A stretch of 64,000 bases of DNA, taken from the NCBI GenBank assembly GCA_964016885.1, contig OZ024747.1, positions 67,332,001-67,396,000 of the forward strand, in the 5' to 3' direction. A model generated the notes under the pieces. The model saw only the letters and a list, made by a program, of their open reading frames with translations. It did no database searches and was not told the DNA's origin. The first letter of the stretch is position 1. Each line of letters begins with the position of its first letter. Both the position numbers and the translations under genes were made by a program. Source of the DNA: Eledone cirrhosa (Eukaryota). Below, in pieces: positions 26,421 to 41,696 of this stretch.

Positions 26421-27115
26421 ATCTTTTTTGATATATTCGTAATACGTAATAAATATTCATGGTAGAACACAGCCTCTATTTGAAGATTTAGGGTAAACTT
26501 AAGGTAGATATGATTATTTTAATTAGAAGCCTTAGAATGAATTATGAACTATAAACGCTATTAACTATTCTCCTGTACACAGAAAAACATTAGAGGTTAT
26601 TTTGATGGCTGTTTCAGTTGTTATTGCCTCCTCATCATAGAATAACTACCCCTATGATTCTATGTACGTTGAAATATTGCTATATCAACGTGTGTGTGTC
26701 TGTCATACAGCATATAGAAAATAGCTGAAAGGATTTGCCTAATTTGCAAAATTAAATAAATAATAAATATATTTGTAATTTCTTCAAGGGAGGGGGAGAG
26801 GAAAGACAACGAGGAGGAGAAAGAGGAGGAGGGGTGCACTACTGGGAAAAGGGACGCACGTTATAGCTAAATACCCATATGCACATTGTAGGGAATAAAT
26901 ACCGAGGCGAACATTGCAGAACTAGATAAGGGTACTAAATACTCAGGCACACATTGTAGAGCTAGTTTAGTGTGCTAAATACCTAAATAACTACATATTG
27001 TAGGGCGCTAAATACCCACAATGGATACTAATACTTTATTTATCGACCTAAAAGCGCAGAAAGTCAGAGTGAATACCCGATCAATACAATGTCTCTCTTT
27101 TCCCCTCTCTCTCTC

Positions 27116-27179
<64 letters not shown>

Positions 27180-27182
<3 letters not shown>

Positions 27183-27280
27183 CGAAGGAAATGTGGTAAG
27201 GAACCAGGTGGACCATAACGCACCAAAGTACTCAATACTTAGGGTAGTAGAGTGGGTAATAGGTCCTACTCGTTCCTATA
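27180..27280 (-). mobile_element. Second, inverted copy of the 2595-2775 cassette with the hairpin core deleted
   Basis: Reverse complement of 2690-2775 joined to tcctactcgttcctata. Confidence 0.8.
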
Positions 27281-27328
27281 TATATATTAAATAACAGATT
27301 AAAGTTTAAGCAATTATTATTATCATTA

Positions 27329-27427
<99 letters not shown>

Positions 27428-27554
27428 CTCCTATCAACAATTTTCCAAGGGATGGTGAAATGAACAGACCTACTTTTCTCCAAGAATTATTTTTCGTTTC
27501 TGACACTGCTCACTCTTCCCTATTTTTCTCCATCTTCTTTAATTGTTCATTCTA

Positions 27555-27592
27555 TTTTCTGATGAAGGACTATCCTCCAAAACGTTAAGACT
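27555..27592 (+). ncRNA. Degenerate minimal hammerhead (Penelope pLTR relic)
   Basis: CTGATGA-aggactatcctcc-aAAA-cgttaaga, with GAAA mutated to AAAA. Paralogous to 57878-57913. Confidence 0.5.
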
Positions 27593-27719
27593 CTTTTCCT
27601 ACTATATCAATCGTAAAACTTGATATACCATATCAAGCGTAAAACTAATATATTTATTCATTGTGCTGTGTCGCTTGCTTTGATGTTTCTGTTTACACAC
27701 ACACTCACACTCACACACT

Positions 27720-27750
<31 letters not shown>

Positions 27751-28047
27751 TTCTCAATTCTGGGACATGTGGACACATGTATTTATGTATGCATATATCT
27801 ATGCATGCATGTATGTATGTATGATTGTATGTATGTATGCATGTATGTACGCATCCAAGTATGTATGCATGTATGTACGCATCCAAGTATGTATATATGT
27901 ATGTGTGCATGTACATATATGTATGTATGCATGTATGTATGTATGTACGTATGTATGCATGCATGTATGTATGTATGTATGTATGTATGTATGTATGTAT
28001 GTATGTATGTATGTATGCATGCATGTATGTATGTATGTATGTATGTG

Positions 28048-28655
28048 TCAGGTCACCAGTTGGTGCTACTGGTAACATGTATCCCAGTACAACCTGTCCC
28101 ATGGTCGGGTCGTTGGCGACTAAACTGGCAACCCCACCAAGGTTTCTTGATGAGGAGGGTGACTTTGGACATCCTGCAGGACTAAAAACAAAACCTGTCA
28201 AAGGGCAAAGGAGCTCTTAAGAGTCAATGGCCATCCAAAATCACTGGGAGAGATGACCACTTAGCCTTTGTCAAGGCAGAATTCTAGGAGAAGGAAAACT
28301 CTGATATAACACCTGCAACCCTGATGGTATCCAATGATGTTGACTTGTTCTTCTTTTTGGTAAATATCATCTTGGTTAAGAGAGTGGGACTGGCTTTGTG
28401 CAGTGCCTTTGCTCACTATAAAAGCTTCACGGCACAGGCATTGCTTTATATCTGGAGATCTCTCTGCACTTGTCATCACATGGTACCATGGGCCCAGCAC
28501 TATGTGTCAATAATTGTCACAAGTGTAGTGTTTGTACCAGAGTTTTCAAGTCGCTGGCTGGACTAAAAAGTCACACTCGTTCAGTGCATTGGTAGGAGTT
28601 CTCCTACATGGATATAAAGTAGTGGCCGTACTCGAAAACGAGTTGGCAGCCATCA
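28048..28655 (+). mobile_element. ~610-bp non-autonomous element in an (ATGT)n tract (second copy)
   Basis: See 19428-20038; only scattered substitutions between the two copies. Confidence 0.75.
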
Positions 28656-28699
28656 TGTATGTATGTATGTATGTACGTATGCATGTATGTATGTATGTA

Positions 28700-28741
<42 letters not shown>

Positions 28742-28742
28742 C

Positions 28743-28857
<115 letters not shown>

Positions 28858-29475
28858 TATATGTCTTTGAATTAAACAGAAGACAGACAAAACAAGGACT
28901 GTACTAGTACTATGTAAAAGACGAAACTAATCAATATAGTGTGTAAAAGGCTGAACTAATCAATAAAGAAACCCAAGTAAAGACCAGCCTAATCGATAAA
29001 CCATATGAGGAAGGAAAATGTCATGATTACCAACAGATTGTTGTGTGAACAGAGACTATGATGACTTCTCTCCAAAACACCTTTCTTTACCCTCTTCTTC
29101 ATCATCATCATTGTCATCGTCGTAGTCATTATTACCATCATTTTTTCCTTCTTCTTTTGTTTCTTCTTCTTGTTGTTGTTGTTCTTCTTCTCCTTCTTCT
29201 TCTTCTTCTTGTTATTTACATTTTTTACAAGTTATATATAAATCCCCCCACCACTGTCCCTGTCTATTTATTGTCCCCTATATGTAGGCCCTTGTGGCCA
29301 ATAAAGAAACAGTAATAATAATTATCATTATTATTACTAATAATAATTATTATTATTACTAATCCCACCGAGGTTAACTTTGCCTTTCATCCTTACGGGG
29401 TCGATAAAATAAAGTACCAGTAATACACTGGGGTAATTGCTGGCCTTGTGCCTAAAGTAGAAACAATTATTATTA

Positions 29476-29975
<500 letters not shown>

Positions 29976-30119
29976 TACAATTATTTATATAAATGTTGTT
30001 CATTGTTTAAAATATATAAAAATTGTTCGTGCGTTGTCACTACAACAGGTATCACTAAAAATGATGTTTATACACTTTGATGTTTAAAAGCCACTATACA
30101 TAATACATTAAGTCAATCA

Positions 30120-30385
30120 ATTACCCCTTTCATTGCCATATTTCTAATGAAAGACACTGCCTATGGTTTTCAAAAAATTTTGAAAGAAATCAATAATTTA
30201 CTGGGCTTTCGTAATATAAGTAAGCTCCTCGTTATTGAAATGTTATTTGTGACATAATTTAACGAAGGTTCTTACATAAAATTAAGATGAAAGGTTTTTA
30301 GATAAATATAAACACTTAAACAAACAAGTTTTGTATCGTAAAAACCAAAGAGGTTTTAGTTGGTTTTGTATCAAAAGGGCCAAAT
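30120..30385. mobile_element. Degenerate piggyBac-like MITE family (relatives at about 34940-35180, 59390-59620, 62265-62395, 63490-63550)
   Basis: Recurrent tta.ccctt..gttaccatatttct.atgaaagacactgcct motif. Confidence 0.5.
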
Positions 30386-31266
30386 ATGAGTATTTTGACT
30401 TTCTTAAGTCAAACTCCTCATCCAAAACCCCATTGTTAATTAGACTCTTGCTTTTTGTTTCTTTATAACTTAACCTTTTTCTATGGGACTTGTCATAAAT
30501 AGTCAATAATAATATCACAAATGTCAAAACTATTACCTTTGTAAATATGTTCGAAATTAGATTTCAGTTTGTTTAACTATTAACATTCTTCTGTTTTACA
30601 GATCTTTCGTGATCAGCTATAGCGATTCAGTGGTGAATCATCAAATTCTGTAGTGTTTCTATAGTAAAAGAGTCAGCAATTATGTAGTAATAGATATATG
30701 GTCAACAACTTTTTTTTTTTTTTTTAGTGATAAATGTTGGGGTCAGGAATTATGTAACGTAAATATACACAATCAATTTATGTAGTGGTGATATACATGA
30801 ATAATATCAGGAAGACAGAAATACGGGATTCATCAAGTTGTGGCTGTGAAATGTGTGCAAGAGAAGAATATCAGAAAGGTTTAAAATACAGGGTCTTAAA
30901 TAACTAGCAAGTAGAATAGCATAAAAATAAGAATCTAATTTATGGTTAACGTAACATTACTATATAAGCAAAGAACCTCTTCTTGGGTCATCCCTCCATT
31001 GAAGGTGAAGCATTTGGCGGGGGGTTCTAATGACTAGAATATATGAGGCTCGTCACACCTGCAGGCTCATAGATTTCTCCGCTAACAGGAGCAATTGTGC
31101 TAACCCATTGTCGAATTAATAGTCGATCATTTGCAAAGCCAGTGGTGTTGATGACGCCGAGGTCATCTAATTAAAATTATGGTCGCCTCATGAACTATTG
31201 CTTCATATGAGATAAGCAGGATTCTAATGGAGTCTTACTCCCCAAGTTCCGATCTGTTCTGCTAGA

Positions 31267-31407
31267 CTATCCTATGATAGCTGTAACAAAGGCATCTTGT
31301 GTAGGATGTGGCTCTTCACCACGCAGGTCGGTTTTCGGACTGGGAGAGGCTAGGCGCTCAGCTTCAATGAGCATATATTGCGCCTCATCAGTTCGCTGAG
31401 GGGAATG
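31267..31407 (-). CDS. Probable terminal coding exon of an unidentified gene (HSPQRTDEAQYMLIEAERLASPSPKTDLRGEEPHPTQDAFVTAIIG*)
   Basis: Strong acceptor tattttctttgtctcttcag, then 46 open codons in phase 0 ending in TAG. Followed by unique, GC-richer, UTR-like sequence. Confidence 0.6.
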   Translation of the reverse strand, partial: HSPQRTDEAQYMLIEAERLASPSPKTDLRGEEPHPTQDAFVTAIIG

Positions 31408-31944
31408 CTGAAGAGACAAAGAAAATAGCACAATAATTCCAATAAGATAATAAATTATGGTGTGTATTATTACTTAGGGAAAGGGCCTGCAAGATATAAT
31501 TCTAACTGGCGTAGAACCGAAAGAAAAATGAGTATTTTCCTGCCCGATCTAAAGTTTTGGTTCACGTGGTCAGGATTTCTGAAAAGTTCTTAATGTATGC
31601 AATGATGAACCATTTACTCTGAACACAAATAATTGAGAGAGGGGGGGGGGGGGAGAATGTGATGATGGACGAGACAAATACACTTTCCAGAGTGGTTTAG
31701 TCTATTCTGTAATACTACACAGTGCATTTACACATGTTTGTTAGTAATTTGGACCTCCGTCGGTTCCGACCGGTTGTGGATTAAGGCGGGTGTACTGATT
31801 GATCTGTTGTCCGGGTCCTCCAATATTTAAAAGTGCCCCAACTTATTATTATTTTTTTATTGTTACTATAAATAATAAATATTAAACGACGCAAGGTCTC
31901 CGATGAAATTTTCAATAAGGGCTCCGTGCAAGCTTAATCTGTCC

Positions 31945-32240
31945 TTAGTTTCGGTGGCGAGTGTTCCAACTGTTTGATCAATGGAACACCCTGCTCATGA
32001 AATTAACGTGCAAGTAGCTGAAAACTCATTTCACAGACACGTGTAATATTAACCTAGTTGAGAGGGAGATTCGGTGTGACATTGTATGTAATACGAGTGG
32101 TCTTTAAATTCCAGGTACAACTCATTTTTTTTCCAGTTAGAACAATGTGAAATAAAGTGTCTTGCTCAGGAACACGACACGTCGACGGGAATGGAACTCA
32201 TGACTGTATGATCGTGAACTGAACACTAAGTCACATGCCT
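31945..32240 (-). mobile_element. tRNA-derived CORE-like SINE variant (related copy at 33030-33480, + strand)
   Basis: Body aataaagtgtcttgctcagg, a tRNA-like head, and a tail resembling 33370-33470. Confidence 0.55.
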
Positions 32241-32767
32241 TAAAGTTATAACACTTACATACTATATTGTGATTATTCCACATACACCATTTGATGTGAC
32301 TTTCCAAATCTTTGTTGTAGCGAACTCATCATTAGTATTCCGCTTTCCAATTATAGACGAAGCATGCAAGCCTTCCGGGGCTAAGGAAATTTGAGGCTTA
32401 AGCCCCTCTAATAATGTGGAAACTTGTTGAATGATCTTAAAGTTTTCTTAGTTAAACATTTGTCAGTGATGATTTTAAATAATTTGTATCAATATACTTG
32501 TGGTTTGGTTTTTTCTACATTGATTTTTCTATTGACTCTAAATATGTTAGTATGATCATGTTTTTAATTTCTGTCTTAGTCTCGTATTGATGATAAAAAA
32601 GCATGACCTAATCTATATTATGATAAGAGCGTTGTCTGTCTCTCCATCCGTCCGTCCGTCCATTCTACACATCCGTCACGGTCACTTTATATAGAGAGGG
32701 GGAGCAGCAAGCGAGAGATATGTACATAGAGAGAGAAAAGGAATGCCATTTGTTTAGAAAGAGAGAG

Positions 32768-32944
<177 letters not shown>

Positions 32945-33924
32945 CATACATCTAGTAATAATAATATACATGTACATTATATATACTTAAACCCGTCCAA
33001 TCCCAAACTCTAAAAGAACCTCTGGTATGGGCGAATGGTTTAGAAGTTCGAGAGTTTGATCCTAGTGTGTGCCATTTTGAGCAAGTGTCATTTACATAGC
33101 CTCGAGTCGACTCATGCCTTATGAGTGAAAATACGTGGATGGAAACTGTTTGGAAGCCTGTCGCATGGTCTGTACCTGTAACTGAAAAGGCCAGCTTTGT
33201 TACACAGTGTCACGCTGAAACTCATTGAGAATTGCGCTAGGGGTATACGTGTTTATGTTTTGCTCAACCACTTACATTACAATATAGGATGGACTGAGCT
33301 TGTAATTCAAAGGGCCAGCTTTGTCTCAAACTGTGTCATGATGAATCTTCCTGTGAACTTCTTTAGAGGTGCACGTGTCGGTGAAATGCTCAGCTACTTG
33401 TAAGTTAATTTCTCGAGTAGGATGTTTCGTTGATCAAATCACTGAAACACTCATAGTCGAAACCGACGGAAGACCATGCCAACAGGAGAGAGACTGTTAA
33501 TAAGATAAGGGTTTACAACATAGGGGTTCTGCTATTACTAAAGCTAGAGAAAACTTTTTTGATTAATCAAAGCACATGATTCACTAGTTCAGTCTAGGAA
33601 GCAGTCCTCAGATTTATACAAATTTGTATGATTAAATTAAATTAAATATACAATAAATAAGTCACTAAACATTTTTTGCCGCGTAGAAGCATTGGAGGAA
33701 TTATCCAAAGCGGTGGAGAGGGTCGTATGGTGTTAGGATGTATTACATGATTTGGTGTGAATATAAACTGTGTATTGGAAAACACAGGCTTAGTAATTTT
33801 CTTGGTGTAGTCAGAGCAAGAAGTGTCAAAACCTAGGTTTGACAGCTTGCCAAATAAGCTGTAAGTTGAAATTATTTTGTTTGGAAAAATCTTGGGTATT
33901 GACTGAAAGAATATGATCGAGAAT

Positions 33925-34280
33925 ACAAGCAGCCGAAATGGAGTTCTTCTGAAGGGTCTTTGGAGTAACGTTACTCGATAGAGTTCGTAGCTCGGAAATC
34001 AGAGTCGCTCCGTGTAAAGCCGCTGCTTCTCCAATTTGAGAAATCACAGCTCCGATATATGTGGTCAAAATGTCTCGGGAAAGAATCGCTGGACAGATTT
34101 TAGAGGGCAAAAAACAACCGACAAAGGACCGATAGGTAGACTCTGAACAAGATGGTTAGATAACATTCTTGAGCTCGGCTGGTCTCACTTAGAGATCAAA
34201 CCAGCTCAACTGATAGTTGCTATTGACACGACCCAATCGAAAGTGTGCTTGAGGACTCTATCCCTATGGCCCTCCCTCTT
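33925..34280 (+). mobile_element. RTE-like LINE 3' fragment
   Basis: Degenerate EM..RVFGVTLLDRVRSSEIR segment. Lies tail-to-tail with 34340-34890 across a (TTC)n tract. Confidence 0.65.
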
Positions 34281-34339
34281 CTTCTTCTTCTTCTTCTTCT
34301 TCTTCTTCTTCTTCTTCTTCTTCTTCTTCTTCTTTTTGG

Positions 34340-34890
34340 GTCCCCTGCTGCTTGGTTTTGCCTGTAAAATCTGTCCAGCGATTATTTCCTGAAACATTCT
34401 AACCACATGCTCATAGTACCGGAGTTGTAATCTCTCAATTCGGAGAAGTAGCGGCTCTACCTGGAGTGATTCTCTGATCTCCGACCTATGCACTCTATCG
34501 AGTAACGTTACTCCAAAAGCCCTTCGGCGGAATTCTTTCGATCATAACCTAGGATTCATGACCATAGGTAAGGGTTGGCAACAATACTGAATTGAAGGTA
34601 GCGAGTTTGGTGTTTACACCTACCTCCCTTCTTTTGATTACCGAGTGCTTGAGCTGGCGCATTACTGCACCAGCTCCTGCAATTGTTGCACTGAATTCAG
34701 CTTCCTCTCGTGAACATGGTCCAAGATACTTGAACTTCTACCTGCTTCAGTGGAACTCCATTCACATGTAGAGTGCACTTCGCAGTCTTCCTCGAGAGGA
34801 CAAGTGTCTCAGTTTTCGGAACACTGATTTTCATTCCAGCCATGCAGCATCAAACCTATGAAGTGCACGTCGGAGATTGCCTTCTGTAGG
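34340..34890 (-). mobile_element. RTE-like LINE RT fragment
   Basis: KFKYLG motif and ORF MHRSEIRESLQVEPLLLRIERLQLRYYEHVVRM. Same family as 720-1560 and 21965-22155. Confidence 0.75.
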
Positions 34891-35469
34891 ATTAACCCAG
34901 GAATAAAATATCCATGTGTATATTGTAGAGCTAGTCAATGAAGGACACTGCCTATGATTTTCAAATAATTTTGAAAATAATCAAGAATTTGGTGGAATTT
35001 TGTAATATAACTGACTTTCTCGTTAAGTTGGTGTTTGGAACGTAACTCAACAAAGGTTCTTACATAAAATTAAGATAGAAATTTTTTTTTAGAATCTAAT
35101 AAATCTAAACACTATAAAACAAGCAGTTTTATATCATAGAAAGTGGTTGGTTTCGAGAAGTTTGGGTATCAAAGGTGTTAATTGAATCAATAGAATAAAA
35201 TAATCCGCACAAACAACTTTTTTTCTCCCTTTTCCCAATTTAATTAAAACATAAATGGAAGCTAACAACATCAATTTCACATCAAAAGGTGAAATAATCT
35301 GTTCATGTCATAGGTGAAAAAGGAGACAGGTTTCGGTAAAAGAAAAAAAAAGACCGAGAAAAACATGTTCGTAACCTTTGTAAAATAATGCAATGGCAAG
35401 GAACCGTGAGTTTATTTTTAAGAAGTTAAGGCCGTCATATATTTAGAAGCCACTGCATAGTTCTCTTGG

Positions 35470-35953
35470 CCCTGTATATATGTGTATATGTGTGTCAGTG
35501 CGCGTCTATGTGTGTATGTGTATATGTGTGTCAAGTGCGCGTCTATGTGTGTATGTGTGCGTCTATATGCGTGTACGTGTATGCGTGTGTATGTGTCTGC
35601 ATGTGTATGCGTCTTTGTGTGAGTGTGTACATGTGCCTGTGTGCGTGAGAATGTGTATACGTATGTGCATGTGTGTGTGTGTATTGTCTGTATGTATATG
35701 CATCGGTGTGTGTGTGAGTACGTGTGTCTGTGTGTGAGTATGTGTGTCTGTGTGCGTGTGAATGTGTTAACGTGTGTATACGGACCAATGTTTAAATGCT
35801 TGTGTGTGTGTGTGTATGTGTGTGTATGTGTGTATATGTGTGTGGGGGGGTCTGTATGTGTGTGTATGTCTAAATGTATGACGAAAACATAACCAGTAAA
35901 AGACAATCGGTTGAATTTATCCGCAGTTGCTGTCTAAAAACCGATTTCTCGCC

Positions 35954-35994
<41 letters not shown>

Positions 35995-36417
35995 GTATAT
36001 GTGTGTGTGTATGTATGTGTGCGTGTGTGTATGTGTGTGTGTGTGTGTGTGTGTATGTGTGTCTGCCTGTCTGTCTGTGTGTATGTGTGTGTGTGTGTGC
36101 ATGTGTGTGTGTGTGTGTGTGTTTGTCTCTGTTTGTCTGTGGTGTGTGTATCTGTGTCTGTGTATGTGTCTGTGTGTGTGTGTGTCTGTGAATATATGTC
36201 TGTGTGTGTGTGTGTGTATGTGTGTGTGTGTGTGTGTCTGTGTCTGTGTCTCTGTGTGTATGTGTGTATGTGTATGTGTGTGTGTATGCGTGTGTGTCTG
36301 AGTGTGTATGTGTCTGTGTGTGTGTGTGTGTCTGTATCTGTGTCTGTGTGTGTATGTGTCTCTGTGTGTCTGTGTGTGTGTATGGGTGTGTATGTGTGTG
36401 TATGTGTGCATGTGTGT

Positions 36418-36462
<45 letters not shown>

Positions 36463-36535
36463 TGTGTTTCTGTGTGTGTGTTTCTGTGTGTGTGTGTGTG
36501 TCTGTGTCTGTGTCTGTGTGTGTGTGTGTGTGGAG
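35470..36535. repeat. Degenerate (GT)n-rich tract
   Basis: Direct reading. Confidence 0.9.
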
Positions 36536-36693
36536 GGGTAGTGGGTGCAATCGTCCTGACGAATGCATCACAAAATGAAACTGAAAGGTAATACTCTCCT
36601 TGCCCGATGCATTGGGTACTTTAATTGTGATGCCCTGCCGTTCTTTAATATATATATTATGCTATATATATATATATATATATATATAGCATA

Positions 36694-36778
<85 letters not shown>

Positions 36779-37000
36779 TATATAATATATATATAAGTAC
36801 ATAAATATATATTTATATATATATAATTATATAATATAATAAATATATACATATACATATATAAATATATATATATATACATATGTAAGTATATATATAT
36901 ATATATATACCTTCACACATATATATATATACATACACAAACATACATTTATATATATTTACATACGTACATACATAATATACATACATACATGCATATA

Positions 37001-37085
37001 CAAGGTGTCCCAAAAATGTATACACATTTCAACAACATTTTAATCAAAGTGTGTATACATTTTTTGGGGGGTGGGGGACATCTTG
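37001..37085. mobile_element. Tiny Tc1/mariner-like MITE
   Basis: TA|caaggtgtcccaaaaatgtatacaca ... tgtgtatacatttttt..gggacatcttg|TA. Confidence 0.65.
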
Positions 37086-37971
37086 TATATATACATATAC
37101 GCATATGTATATACATATACATATTTATACATACATTCATACATACATACATACATACATACATACATACATACATACATACATACATACATTCATACAT
37201 ACATACATACATACATACATACATACATACATACATACATACATACATACACACGACGGGTTTCTGCAGTTTCCGTCTGCCAAATTCCACTCACAAGATA
37301 TTGGGCAACCCGACCCGAGTCCATAGTAAAATATACACTTGTCCCAAGACATTATCGTGATGGTGTTGTGTTGTTCATGCATGTCCCAATTGAAAGTATA
37401 GGAAATTCGTCTTGATAGCAATATAGTGAAGTGTTAGGAGATTTTTTGTGAAGAACTGAGGTGCAAACCTATCGAAGGGGTTCCATTGATTGAAAGAAGA
37501 TAACAAATAGAGCGAAGAAACGACGAAGAAAACGTGTTGATAGAAAGTCCGACTTACCTGTGTTTTAAATAGTATATACCATGTAAATAGCGCAAGCTTT
37601 CTCGTACGTACGTCTATAGCAATGATGAATGGATAAATGTTATGTATGTAAGTATGAGTGTGCGTATGTGTGTCTATACATATAGAAAAAAGCGGAGGTT
37701 ACGGCAGACAGAGTGAGAGGGGGAAAGAGTATCTATCTATCTATATATATATATACATGCGTGTCTGTGTGTGTGTGCACGTGTGTGTGTGTGTTTATAA
37801 ATATAAATAGATTGATCTATGCATGTACATCTATGTATTTGTATATAGATAAATAGATAGATAGACAGACAGGCAGACAGTCAGACAAACAGGCAGACAG
37901 ACGGACAGACAGACGGACGGACAGACAGACAGACGGACAGACAGACGGACGGACAGACGGACAGACAGACG

Positions 37972-38017
<46 letters not shown>

Positions 38018-38026
38018 TAGATAGAC

Positions 38027-38062
<36 letters not shown>

Positions 38063-38299
38063 GGATAGATGGATGGATGTATGGATGGATGGATGGATGT
38101 TACGGTTATATATCGTGGTGGTGAATGCAGGGTGCCGTTCACAAGAGGCAGCACTCGGGCACTAACAATCAGTATCGTGTAAACAATCACAGGTCTGGTT
38201 GGAATAGTGACGACGACAAGAGTGGTGGTGGTGGTGATGATGATGATGGTGGTTTTGGTGGTGGTGATGTAGTGGTGGTGATGATGATGGTGCTGGTGG

Positions 38300-40650
38300 T
38301 GGTGGTGTTGTATGGTGTGATGTAGTGTGGTGTGATGTGATGTGGTGAGGTGTGTGTGATGAGGTATGGTGTGCTGTGATGTGCTGTGATGTAGTGTAGT
38401 GTGGTGTGGTGTAGCGTGGTGTGGTGTAGTGTGGTGCGGTGTGGTGTAGTGTGGTGTAGTGTGGTGTGGTGAGCTGTGGTGTGGTGTACTGTAGTGTAGT
38501 GTAGTGTGGTGTGGTGTGGTGTAGTGTAGTGTGGTGTGGTAAGCTGTGGTGTGGTGTAGTGTAGTGTAGTGTGGTGTGGTGTAGTGTAGTGTAGTGTGGT
38601 CTGATGTGATGTGGTGTGGTATGGTGTGCTGTTATGTGGTGTGGTGTAGTGTAGTGTGCTGTGCTATGGTGTAGTGTGTGTGGTGTAGTGTAGTGTAGTG
38701 TGGTGTGGTGTGGTGTAGTGTAGTGTGGTCTGATGTGATGTGGTGTGGTATGGTGTGCTGTTATGTGGTGTGGTGTAGTGAAGTATGCTGTGCTATGGTG
38801 TAGTGTGGTGTAGTGTAGTGTAGTGTGGTGTAGTGTAGTGTAGTGTAGTGTGGTGTGGTGTAGTGTAGTGTGGTCTGATGTGCTGTGGTGTGGTATGGTG
38901 TGCTGTTATGTGGTGTGGTGTAGTGAAGTGTGCTGTGCTATGGTGTAGTGTGGTGTAGTGTAGTGTAGTGTGGTGTAGTGTAGTGTAGTGTGGTGTAGTG
39001 TAGTGTGGTCTGATGTGATGTGGTGTGGTATGGTGTGCTGTTATGTGGTGTGGTGTAGTGAAGTGTGCTGTGCTATGGTGTAGTGTGGTGTAGTGTAGTG
39101 TAGTGTGGTGTAGTGTAGTGTGGTGTGGTGTAGTGTAGTGTAGTGTGGTGTGGTGTAGTGTAGTGTAGTGTGGTGTGGTGTAGTGTAGTGTGGTCTGATG
39201 TGATGTGGTGTGGTATGGTGTGGTGTGGTATGGTGTGCTGTTATGTGGTGTGGTGTGGTGTGGTGTGGTATGGTGTGCTGTTATGTGGTGTGGTGTAGTG
39301 TGGTGTTGTGTAGTGTAGTGTGGTGTCGTGTAATGTGGTGTAGTGTAGTGTGGTGTGGTCTGATGTGATGTGGTGTGGTATGGTGTGCTGTTATGTGGTG
39401 TGGTGTAGTGAAGTGTGCTGTGCTATGGTGTAGTGTGGTGTAGTGTAGTGTAGTATGGTGTGGTGTAGTGTGCTGTGCTGTGCTGTGCTGTGGTGTAGTG
39501 TGGTGTAGTGTAGTGTGGTGTAATGTGGTTTGGTGTCGTGTAGTGTGGTGTAGTGTAGTGTGGTGTAGTGTAGTGTAGTGTGGTGTGGTGTAGTGTGGTG
39601 TAGTGTAGTGTAGTGTAGTGTAGTGTAGTGTGGTGTGGTGTAGTGTAGTGTAGTGTGGTGTGGTGAGGTGTGGTGTAGTGTAGTGTGGTGTGGTGTGGTG
39701 TATTGTAGTGTAGTGTAGTGTGGTGTGGTGTAGTGTAGTGTGGTGTGGTGTGGTGTGGTGAGGTGTGGTATGGTGCGCTGTTATGTGGTGTGGTGTAGTG
39801 AAGTGTGCTGTGCTATGGTGTAGTGTGGTGTAGTGTAGTGTAGTGTGGTGTAGTGTAGTGTGGTGTGGTGTAGTGTAGTGTAGTGTGGTGTGGTGTAGTG
39901 TGGTGTGGTGTGGTGTGGTGAGGTGTGGTATGGTGTGCTGTTATGTGGTGTGGTGTAGTGAAGTGTGCTGTGCTATGGTGTAGTGTGGTGTAGTGTAGTG
40001 TAGTGTGGTGTAGTGTAGTGTGGTGTGGTGTAGTGTAGTGTAGTGTGGTGTGGTGTAGTGTAGTGTAGTGTGGTGTGGTGTGGTGTGGTATGGTGTGCTG
40101 TTATGTGGTGTGGTGTAGTGAAGTGTGCTATGCTATGGTGTAGTGTGGTGTAGTGTAGTGTAGTGTAGTGTGGTGTGGTGTAGTGTAATGTGGTGTAGTG
40201 TAGTATGGTGTGGTGTAGTGTGGTGCGGTGTAGTGTGCTGTGCTGTGCTGTGGTGTAGTGTGGTGTAGTGTAGTGTGGTGTGGTGTAATGTGGTTTGGTG
40301 TTGTGTAGTATGGTGTAGTGTAGTGTGGTGTAGTGTAGTGTGGTGTAGTGTAGTTTGGTGTAGTGTGGTGTGCCGTGGTGTGGTCTAGTGTAGTGCAGTG
40401 TAGTGTGATGTAGTGTGGTGTGGTGGGGTTTGGTGTACTGGTGTGGTCTGGTGTGGTGTGGGGTAGTGTGGTGTGGTGTGCATGGTGTAGTGTGGTGTGG
40501 TCTGGTGTAGTGTAGTGAAAAGTGGTGTGGTGTGGTATGGTGTGGTGTAGTATAGTGAAGTGTGGTCTAATGTGGTGTGGTGTGGTGAAGTGTGGTGTAG
40601 TATTGTGTAGTATGGTGTGGTGTAGTGTGGTGTGGTGTGGTGTAGTGGTG
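38300..40650. repeat. Pentameric satellite (GTGTA/GTGTG)n with higher-order units
   Basis: About 2.3 kb, with the recurring block ggtatggtgtgctgttatgtggtgtggtgtagtgaagtgtgctgtgctatggtg. Confidence 0.95.
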
Positions 40651-41236
40651 GTATGATGATGATGTTTGTTTCTACTTCTGGCACAAGGCCAGCAATTACC
40701 CCAGTGCATTATTGTTAACTTCGGCAGGATTTTGACTCAGACCGTAAAGAGCCATAACTCTATGCTGCAAAGTATGGCTTCCAACCCTCTACTGATACTG
40801 CCAATCCACCGCAATAATGGTGATGCTGTAGGTGGAGTGGTGGTGGTATGGTAATGGTGATAGTGATAGTGATAGTGATGATGGTAGTGTCATGGGAGTG
40901 ATACAGTGTTAATGATTGTAATGATGTTAGTGGTAGTGGTGGTGGTGTTGGTGGTATGGGGATGATATGGTGGTGGTATGGTGGTGATGTTTGTGGCAGT
41001 ATGGTGATAAGGATAGTGATGATGTTTGTAGTGGTATGATATTGATGATGCTGGTGGTATGGTAATGATGACTGTGATGATGATGGTGATATGGTGATGG
41101 TGTGGTGGTACACTGGTATGGTGGAACCAGTCAATAAACAGTAGTAAGCTGCACCAGCTGATGATGGCCTGGATGGTAGGAAGTTAGTGGGAGGGGTAAG
41201 GTACTAGCAAGATATTGTGCTAAATACTACTAACAC

Positions 41237-41696
<460 letters not shown>

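Noticed and set aside
31385-31392. CTGATGA on the minus strand
   Set aside because: No hammerhead stems flank it; it lies within the probable coding exon.
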